Positions 1 through 5,755 of a stretch of DNA of 10,164 bases are shown here, piece after piece (position 1 is the first letter of the stretch; each line of letters begins with the position of its first letter). The notes under the pieces were generated by a model. That model was not told the DNA's origin. It did no database searches and saw nothing but the letters and a program-made list of their open reading frames with translations. The stretch comes from Fibrobacterota bacterium (GTDB taxonomy: Bacteria > Fibrobacterota > Fibrobacteria > UBA11236), in NCBI GenBank assembly GCA_043753995.1, contig JAYUVP010000109.1:1-10164 (forward strand). The letters run 5' to 3'. Position numbers and translations under genes: made by a program.

Positions 1-635
1 TGCGCCGTGGGCAGAAAGACGAAATTTTTGCCGTCACAGAGAGCAAAGAGCGATGCTTCTTCCCCGTCCATGAACTCTTCAATCACTACTTCATTGCCGG
101 CATCGCCGAAGATTGCCTTAGGCCCAAGCATGCTGTCGAGAGCCGCAATGGCCTCGGGCATAGTGGGGCAGACTACCGCACCTTTCCCCGCCGCTAAGCC
201 ACTGGCCTTGACCACTATAGGTGCGCCTTGCTTATCCAAATAGGCAAGCGCCTCTTCATAGCGACGAAAATTCCGATACACCGCCGTCGGTATGCCATGC
301 CTTTCCATGAAGTCTTTGGAGAATGCCTTGGAACCCTCCAATTGCGCAGCCGCCTGCGACGGTCCGAAAATCTTGAGACCGACTTTTTCAAATGCATCGA
401 CGACGCCAAGAACCAAGGGCACCTCTGGCCCTACCACGGTGAGAGTGATTCCCTCCTTTTGCGCCAAGGCCACGAGGCCCGCAATGTCCTCCACGGCCAC
501 GGGATGACAGGTGCCGATTTCCGCCATTCCCGGATTACCGGGAGCAAAATGCAGTTGGGGTTTGCGGGGAGACTGAAGGAGTTTGCGGCCAATCGCGTGT
601 TCGCGACCTCCGCTTCCGATGACAAGAATTTGCAT
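1..635 (-). CDS. purD: Phosphoribosylamine--glycine ligase (GAR synthetase), 5' part; runs off the left edge of the window
   Basis: Manual translation from ATG at 635-633: MQILVIGSGGREHAI...APGNPG...VVGPEVPL...FGPSQAAAQLEGSKAFSKDFMERHGIPTA...PIVVKASGLAAGKGAVV...VVIEEFMDGEEAS. These are hallmark PurD motifs. Absent from the ORF track because there is no stop codon in the window. Confidence 0.97.
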   Translation of the reverse strand, partial: MQILVIGSGGREHAIGRKLLQSPRKPQLHFAPGNPGMAEIGTCHPVAVEDIAGLVALAQKEGITLTVVGPEVPLVLGVVDAFEKVGLKIFGPSQAAAQLEGSKAFSKDFMERHGIPTAVYRNFRRYEEALAYLDKQGAPIVVKASGLAAGKGAVVCPTMPEAIAALDSMLGPKAIFGDAGNEVVIEEFMDGEEASLFALCDGKNFVFLPTA

Positions 636-641
636 ACGTGC

Positions 642-650
642 AAAGTAGCA
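642..650 (-). promoter_or_regulatory. Putative extended -10 promoter (TGcTACTTT) for purD, 6 nt before the ATG
   Basis: Minus strand reads TGC TACTTT GCACGT ATG. It matches TGn-TAnnnT and there is no Shine-Dalgarno before the ATG. Confidence 0.5.
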
Positions 651-761
651 GTGTCGATGGGGGAAGTCTCCCCCTCGCTTCCGTCTCCTCGGCTCTCGCA
701 TGGGGCGGCTGATGTTCGGCGCTTTGACGCGAATAGGCTGATGTCACCGCAAGCCGGGCGG

Positions 762-840
762 GCTCAGACACCCGCCTCTCCACAAGTTTCGAGGCGGAAC
801 TCGCCCGTCCGTTTGCGGTGACCGCCGATTCGCTTGCCTA
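762..840. repeat. 79-bp direct repeat, copy A
   Basis: Ungapped hand alignment to 1297-1375 gives 63/79 identity. Confidence 0.9.
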
Positions 841-1041
841 CGCCAGGAGCCGTCCCCTGCTTGCCCGCCCCTAGCCATTCCCTGAAGAATGGTCGCGAAA
901 GGGGCTCCTTTTCCCATCGACCTTCCCGCGACCGGAGGGCCTAGCTCTGGAGACGGCCTAGAGCCTGCGGGGCCATACGCTACCCCCTCGATTTGCGATC
1001 GGGGGTTGTGGCTCTTTGCTACTGCTGTGGGGTATGGACGG

Positions 1042-1150
1042 GGCGGGCTGATGTTTGGCCATGAAAAAAGGGCTCGCGGGTCCTCGGCCAAGGTAATGCT
1101 TCGGAGCTTATGGCCTGCGGAGCGCGCCCTTTTTTCAGGCGCTCACCGCC
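1042..1150. repeat. Long hairpin element, copy 1 (52-nt core at 1073-1124, inverted relative to copy 2)
   Basis: TGAAAAAAGGGC (1062-1073) is the exact reverse complement of GCCCTTTTTTCA (1126-1137). Inner GGCCA/TGGCC and GCT-TCGG-AGC stems; weaker outer GGCGG/CCGCC pairing. Core matches the reverse complement of 2134-2185 at 46/52. Confidence 0.85.
1062..1137. terminator. Possible bidirectional intrinsic terminator (A6-GGGC...GCCC-T6) with an unusually large structured interior
   Basis: GC stem flanked by an A6 tract and a T6 tract, so either strand gives a stem followed by a U-tract. The interior is the 52-nt repeat core, not a short loop. Confidence 0.35.
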
Positions 1151-1196
1151 GGCCCCTCGCTATTCCCCGAAGGCTGGCGCTGGGCCTTCACTCCGA

Positions 1197-1230
1197 CGCT
1201 GAAATCTCACGCCGAGAAGCATTGCCCTGG
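1197..1230. repeat. Composite direct repeat matching 2002-2025 and 2157-2170
   Basis: CGCTGAAATCTCACGCCGAGAAGC (1197-1220) vs CGCTGAAATCTCGCGTCTAGAAGC (2002-2025) is 21/24. AAGCATTGCCCTGG (1217-1230) is identical to 2157-2170. Confidence 0.8.
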
Positions 1231-1296
1231 AGCGGGTGGGGATGCGCCGATTGGAATCAGTGGCTATAGCCCGAAGACGAAGGCATTTGGGTGAAA

Positions 1297-1375
1297 GCTC
1301 GGACAGCCGACACTCCACATGTTTCGAGGTGGAACTCGTCTGTCCTTTTGCAGTGATTGCCAATTCGCCCGACTA
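1297..1375. repeat. 79-bp direct repeat, copy B
   Basis: 63/79 identity to 762-840, no gaps. Confidence 0.9.
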
Positions 1376-1485
1376 TCACCTTGTAGCAACTCCCAGTAGG
1401 AGCAGAGGACGAATACAACGCAATCCGGAAGGGGTAATGGCGGCGGAGCAGGTGGCCTAGATTTGCTGGCCTTCTTGAAAGGCTT

Positions 1486-1908
1486 TCATTTTCGGATTAT
1501 CACCCTGGTACCCATTTTCACTTGGGAGGCGATTTCTTCGATCTCAGGGTTGGTCACGGCAATACATCCTTGAGTCCAGTGAAAAGTGCGGTGAAGTTTT
1601 CCAATCCAACCGAAACCGTTTCGGATTCCGTGAATTCCCACATCGCCTCCCATGCTTGTGTTTTGGGGAGGAAGGTCACCTTTTTCCACGGCCTTCTTCA
1701 AAACCTGATAGAGGGAGTCACTTATCTGCTTGGAGCTCCTAGCTCGCTCAATGTCATTCAGGTTCGGATAGGACAAGTGGAGGAATATATGGAAGCCACT
1801 CTGTCGATTGATCCGGACGATTCGGTATTCCCCTTCGGGCGTAAGATTATCTCCCAATTTCGACTTTGCTTCGGCAAAGGAGTGGAATCCGTCCAATGCG
1901 CATGGCAT
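1486..1908 (-). CDS. L,D-transpeptidase family (YkuD-like catalytic domain) protein, apparently N-terminally truncated; possible pseudogene
   Basis: Motifs KxxxGDxxTPEGEY, LHLSYPN, GGDVGIHG...WTQGCIAVTN, with catalytic His and Cys present. No signal peptide and no first beta-strands of the domain in the 140-aa ORF. Confidence 0.8.
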   Translation of the reverse strand: MPCALDGFHSFAEAKSKLGDNLTPEGEYRIVRINRQSGFHIFLHLSYPNLNDIERARSSKQISDSLYQVLKKAVEKGDLPPQNTSMGGDVGIHGIRNGFGWIGKLHRTFHWTQGCIAVTNPEIEEIASQVKMGTRVIIRK

Positions 1909-2001
1909 TATTCACCTTCGCCTGTATTTTGCCTATTCGCTAGCATACACCGTAAGTATCGCGCTGCTCGGATAAACAGGGGTGAGGAGTCACCCGTCCT
2001 T

Positions 2002-2025
2002 CGCTGAAATCTCGCGTCTAGAAGC
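2002..2025. repeat. 24-bp direct repeat partner of 1197-1220
   Basis: 21/24 identity, including an exact 12-mer CGCTGAAATCTC. Confidence 0.75.
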
Positions 2026-2102
2026 CAAGCTCAGGCAAAGCTTCCGGGATACTCCCATTGCAATCAGGGAACCGTCGCAGGCGAAGGAATCAGGGAAGTG
2101 CA

Positions 2103-2217
2103 GGGTTGGCCGGTGGCGACCTTAGAGCAGACTCGCTCCGCAGGCCAATGGCTCCAAAGCATTGCCCTGGCCGAGGACCCGCGAGTTCGGGCTGAGGTCG
2201 CCACATCAGGCCAACCC
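2103..2217. repeat. Long hairpin element, copy 2, directly downstream of the rseP stop
   Basis: Stems: GGGTTGGCC (2103-2111)/GGCCAACCC (2209-2217); GTGGCGACCTTAG (2113-2125)/CTGAGGTCGCCAC (2192-2204, one G-T pair); ACTCGC/GCGAGT; GGCCA/TGGCC. Core 2134-2185 is an inverted copy of 1073-1124. Confidence 0.88.
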
Positions 2218-2228
2218 CCGAACTCCGC

Positions 2229-3563
2229 CTAATTCAAGAACCACGGTATACGCAGGATGTCCTGGAAGGTCACGAATAGAAACAGCAAAAGGAAAAAGCT
2301 AATGCCCACGCGATTAATAACCCCTTGCACACGCAGGGATAGGGGCTTGCGGCGTATGGCTTCGATGAGGAGGAAGACAATGAGTCCACCATCGGTGATG
2401 GCTAGGGGCAAGAGGTTGAGCACGCCCAAATTGGTATTGAGGAGGGCGATGAATTCCAGAAACTTCTGCATGCCCTGGCGTAAAGAGCCGGCAATCATTT
2501 GAATAATGCCCACCGGGCCGGACAATGCCTTGAGGTGAATGCGTCCGGTAAGCACGCTGCCGAAGGTGCGAAAGACCATGGTCGCGAATTCGTAATTCTT
2601 CTGAACGCTACGAGTAAAGGCCTCACCTGGGCCATATTTCATGACTTGGGTGGGGACGATATGCATGGGATAAACACCCATGATATAGCGCGACTTCGTT
2701 TCTTCGTCGAGCACCGGATTCAGGGCGAAGGTTTTTTCCTCGGCGCCGCGGCGCACCGTTACACTGATATTTCGGCCCTTGCTGCCATTGACCATTTCGA
2801 TCAGGGCCGTGCCCGAAGGGATGCGCGTACTGTCTATCCGCAGCAGGGTATCGCCAGCCAGGAGGCCGGCGGCAGCGGCGGGTTTGCCGTCCATGACCTT
2901 GGATACGACGACCTTGACTTCGCCGACCAAGCCCACCAGAGCTATGCCGAAGCGGCTGTCCATTTCAGGGGTGAGGGTTAGGTCTAATTCCTGGTCGCCG
3001 CGGCGAATGTGAACCGGCAAGGCCTTGCCGCCTTGTAAGGCCGCATCCTGCAGGAAATTCTCCCAGCTCTTTACCTTTTCGCCGCTGAGGGTCAGGATTT
3101 CATCGCCGGGCAAGAGGCCTGCTTTTTCTCCGGCGCTGCCTTTATCAATTTCTCCGATGACCATGGAATTTCGTGGCTCTTCGACACCGACTTGATAAAG
3201 CACAAAAAGAATACCGATGGCGAAAATGATATTGGCTAAGGGGCCAGCGACAGCAATGGCCATGCGTATGGGTATGGATTTCTGGCGGAACTCATCGGTA
3301 TTGCCATAGCCGCCGTCGTCTGGATTTTCTCCCGCCATGGCGACATAGCCACCAAAGGGGATGGCCGATAAGCAGTATTCGGTATCGCCACGTTTCCACT
3401 TCAGCAGCTTTTTCCCGAAGCCGATGGAAAAGGTGTGCACCTTCACGCCCGCCCATTTCGCCACGGAAAAATGCCCGAGCTCATGGATAAAAACCATGAA
3501 GCTGAGGCCCAGCAAACCGACGGGAATCTGATACAGCAATGACCAATATCCGGTGAGGCCCAT
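2229..3563 (-). CDS. rseP: RIP metalloprotease RseP (site-2 protease, M50 family, two PDZ domains)
   Basis: HELGH zinc motif, FSIGFG, AIPFGGYV, AGPLAN, two PDZ-like segments, SGPVGI and NLLPLAITDGG. Start placed at ATG 3563 (preceded by GGAG) instead of the ORF-track start at 3614. Canonical position after dxr. Confidence 0.95.
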   Translation of the reverse strand: MGLTGYWSLLYQIPVGLLGLSFMVFIHELGHFSVAKWAGVKVHTFSIGFGKKLLKWKRGDTEYCLSAIPFGGYVAMAGENPDDGGYGNTDEFRQKSIPIRMAIAVAGPLANIIFAIGILFVLYQVGVEEPRNSMVIGEIDKGSAGEKAGLLPGDEILTLSGEKVKSWENFLQDAALQGGKALPVHIRRGDQELDLTLTPEMDSRFGIALVGLVGEVKVVVSKVMDGKPAAAAGLLAGDTLLRIDSTRIPSGTALIEMVNGSKGRNISVTVRRGAEEKTFALNPVLDEETKSRYIMGVYPMHIVPTQVMKYGPGEAFTRSVQKNYEFATMVFRTFGSVLTGRIHLKALSGPVGIIQMIAGSLRQGMQKFLEFIALLNTNLGVLNLLPLAITDGGLIVFLLIEAIRRKPLSLRVQGVINRVGISFFLLLFLFVTFQDILRIPWFLN

Positions 3564-3572
3564 AGTGCTCCA

Positions 3573-3578
3573 ATTATA
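3573..3578 (-). promoter_or_regulatory. Consensus -10 hexamer TATAAT 9 nt upstream of the rseP ATG
   Basis: Minus strand reads TATAAT TGGAGCACT ATG. No good -35 at 17-bp spacing. Confidence 0.4.
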
Positions 3579-3667
3579 GGGAAGGCAAGAACAGCAAACT
3601 ACCCATATTCGCATTAACTGTCCGGTGGCCTTGGGGTCACTGGACCGTCCATCTGGATAGAAACGAC

Positions 3668-4825
3668 CTATTTGGCGGCCAACCTGCCGGCCTCTTCGCG
3701 GGCCCAGCTATCGGCCTCTAAAATCTGGGTCAAGGACGGCTTGTCCTCGATACGGGCTCGATCCAAGACGCCGGCAATGATTTCGGGGATGGCATTGAAG
3801 GCCAGCTTTTCCGCCAGGAACAAAGCCACGGCAATTTCATTGGCGGCATTCACGATGGCCGGAGCGGTGCCTTCCATGTTTCCGGCTTTATAAGCCAAGC
3901 CTAAACAGGGAAACTTTTCAAAGTCGGGCTCGAAGAATTCGAGCTTGGCCACCTTCCTTAGGTCAAGCCTTTCGACTTGCAAGGGCCATCTTTCGGGAAA
4001 GCTGAGTGCGTATTGAATCGGCAATTGCATGTCCGGGCAACCCAGTTGGGCCATGAGTGAACCGTCACGGAATTGAACCAGGCTATGCACAATGGAACTG
4101 GGATGCAAGGTCACGCGTATGCGATCGAAGGGCACGTCGAATAGAAAATGGGCTTCGATGACTTCGAGGCCTTTATTCATCAAGGTCGCAGAATCGATGG
4201 TGATTTTTTCACCCATCACCCAGGTGGGGTGTTTTAAGGCGTCACGTTTGGTAATGCTCGCGAATTGCTCGCGCGGCCAGGTACGAAAAGGTCCACCCGA
4301 GGCCGTTAATTCCAGATGCTCGACTTCCTCGACAGGCCGCCCCGCCAAGCATTGAAAAATGGCTGAATGCTCGGAATCAATGGGAATTATGCTGCTGCCT
4401 TTATGCTCGGCCAAGGCGGCTCGCAAAACGGGGCCACCCATGACCATGCTTTCTTTATTGGCTAAGCCAATGCGCTTACCATGGCGAATGGCTTCCAGCG
4501 TGGGACGACAACCAATGGCACCCACAAGACCATTGATGATTTCGTCGACTTCGCTGTCCGTGACAAGTTCGAGCAAACCTTCCATGCCGGCGACGACGGG
4601 AATGGAGGTGTGCTTTTTCAATTCTTGCGCCGCAGCATGGTCCCACAATGCGATTTTACGCACGCCGAATTCTTGGGCTATGGGCAATAGCTTGTCCCAT
4701 TGCTTGCCGGCGGCAATGCTGTGCAGCTGAAAGCGTTCGGGATGCTGGCGCAAAACCTTCAGGGTGGAAAGGCCAATGGAACCCGTGGCTCCAAGCAGGC
4801 ATAGGCGGCGGGGTGGGTGGGTCAT
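3668..4825 (-). CDS. dxr: 1-deoxy-D-xylulose-5-phosphate reductoisomerase
   Basis: LLGATGSIG NADPH-binding motif, LANKES, PIDSEHSAIFQ, LTASGGPF, HPTWVMGEKITIDSATLMNKGLEVIEA, NAANEIAV. Confidence 0.98.
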   Translation of the reverse strand: MTHPPRRLCLLGATGSIGLSTLKVLRQHPERFQLHSIAAGKQWDKLLPIAQEFGVRKIALWDHAAAQELKKHTSIPVVAGMEGLLELVTDSEVDEIINGLVGAIGCRPTLEAIRHGKRIGLANKESMVMGGPVLRAALAEHKGSSIIPIDSEHSAIFQCLAGRPVEEVEHLELTASGGPFRTWPREQFASITKRDALKHPTWVMGEKITIDSATLMNKGLEVIEAHFLFDVPFDRIRVTLHPSSIVHSLVQFRDGSLMAQLGCPDMQLPIQYALSFPERWPLQVERLDLRKVAKLEFFEPDFEKFPCLGLAYKAGNMEGTAPAIVNAANEIAVALFLAEKLAFNAIPEIIAGVLDRARIEDKPSLTQILEADSWAREEAGRLAAK

Positions 4826-4921
4826 GCAGGTGAGAATGTACTCGCCGACTTGGGTCGCGACGCGAGGATTTGAAGGGTTGTCTCCCGACTTAGGTGCACG
4901 CTCAGAGCGAGGTCGAGAAGT

Positions 4922-5749
4922 TTAGCTGCCTAGAATCTGAATGCCGAAGGCGGCGATGGGACCGGTGAAAAAAAGCGAATCGAATCGATCCAGTATGCCC
5001 CCGTGCCCTGGAATCAATTGCGAGGCGTCCTTGGTGCCGGTATAGCGCTTGAGTATGGAAATGAAAAGATCCCCCACCACGGCGCTCAAGGCCACCATGA
5101 GGCCGAGCAGCAAGCCCTTGGGCAAGGTCCAATGCAAAAGCCAAACCGCCATAAAGGCTGTAGCCAAGGCACCAATGCAGGTCCCGCCGACGGCACCTTC
5201 GATGGTTTTTTTGGCTGAGATTTGCGGGCAAAGTTTGCGGCGGCCGAATGCCCGGCCCGTGGCATACGCACCGATATCCGCCAGGGCAATACCGACATAG
5301 GCCACGATCAGGGGATAAATCCCGCTCCAACCTGCTTCCGGGCGGAATAGGGCAAAGATGTGAAAGGTCCAAGGGCCGAGATAAAGCAGGCCAAAGAGAC
5401 TCATGAAAAGCCAGGGAGCCAGCCTTTCGATATCCACCCAGCGAAAGCCAGCAAGGGTATAAATCATGCCGCCGGTTATGACCCAGCCCCAAAGCCAAAG
5501 CTCGGCTTGCCCGGGCAAAAGTCCGCCGGGCCAATGCAAGAGACCGAAGGTGGCCACCCAGAGGCCTGCGAAAGGAGCCATTTTCGGAGTCGCGAATTTG
5601 ACGTCGAGCATGCGGGCGAATTCCCAGGCTCCGAGGCCAATGCCTGCCGTGAATAGGGCCCACCGGGATGTCGTGCTAAAGGTCAAGGCTATGGAGCCAC
5701 CGACCAGCATGATCACCGCCGAGATGATGCGCACGGTGAGATTATTCAT
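4922..5749 (-). CDS. cdsA: Phosphatidate cytidylyltransferase (CDP-diacylglycerol synthase)
   Basis: Hydrophobic multi-pass protein with DIGAY..GRAFG, ISAKKTIEG and GDLFISILKR..GTKD....PGHGGILDRFDS. Lies between uppS and dxr. Confidence 0.96.
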   Translation of the reverse strand: MNNLTVRIISAVIMLVGGSIALTFSTTSRWALFTAGIGLGAWEFARMLDVKFATPKMAPFAGLWVATFGLLHWPGGLLPGQAELWLWGWVITGGMIYTLAGFRWVDIERLAPWLFMSLFGLLYLGPWTFHIFALFRPEAGWSGIYPLIVAYVGIALADIGAYATGRAFGRRKLCPQISAKKTIEGAVGGTCIGALATAFMAVWLLHWTLPKGLLLGLMVALSAVVGDLFISILKRYTGTKDASQLIPGHGGILDRFDSLFFTGPIAAFGIQILGS

Positions 5750-5755
5750 GCGAGC

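Noticed and set aside
7..821. ORFs 7..243, 228..821, 292..507, 215..409, 431..643, 535..783
   Set aside because: Antisense or off-frame shadows of purD with no recognisable motifs.
1046..1054. Hammerhead ribozyme core (CUGAUG)
   Set aside because: The motif is CUGAUGU, not CUGANGA, and there is no correctly placed GAAA and cleavage triplet.
636..1140. Purine-related riboswitch (purine, ZTP, PRPP) upstream of purD
   Set aside because: I could not match the consensus of any of these by eye on the minus strand, and a -10 box right before the ATG suggests no long leader. A cmscan run would be needed to exclude it formally.
744..1460. ORFs 744..1091, 889..1269, 1160..1363, 1236..1460
   Set aside because: Pro/Arg/Gly/Ser-rich translations typical of GC-rich non-coding DNA. 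They run through repeats and hairpins and show no family motifs.
1042..2217. Integron cassette (attC sites) or CRISPR array
   Set aside because: The hairpins lack RYYYAAC/GTTRRRY ends and are in inverted orientation. Repeats are not regularly spaced with unique spacers, and no integrase or cas gene is present.
636..2228. tRNA, tmRNA, RNase P RNA, SRP RNA or group II intron remnant
   Set aside because: No T-loop/CCA cloverleaf, no GAGGAAAGUCC, no complete SRP helix-8 motif and no domain V consensus seen on either strand.
3564..3614. N-terminal extension of rseP from the ORF-track start at 3614
   Set aside because: The Cys-rich extension is atypical. ATG 3563 has a GGAG SD and gives the normal distance to the HEXXH motif.
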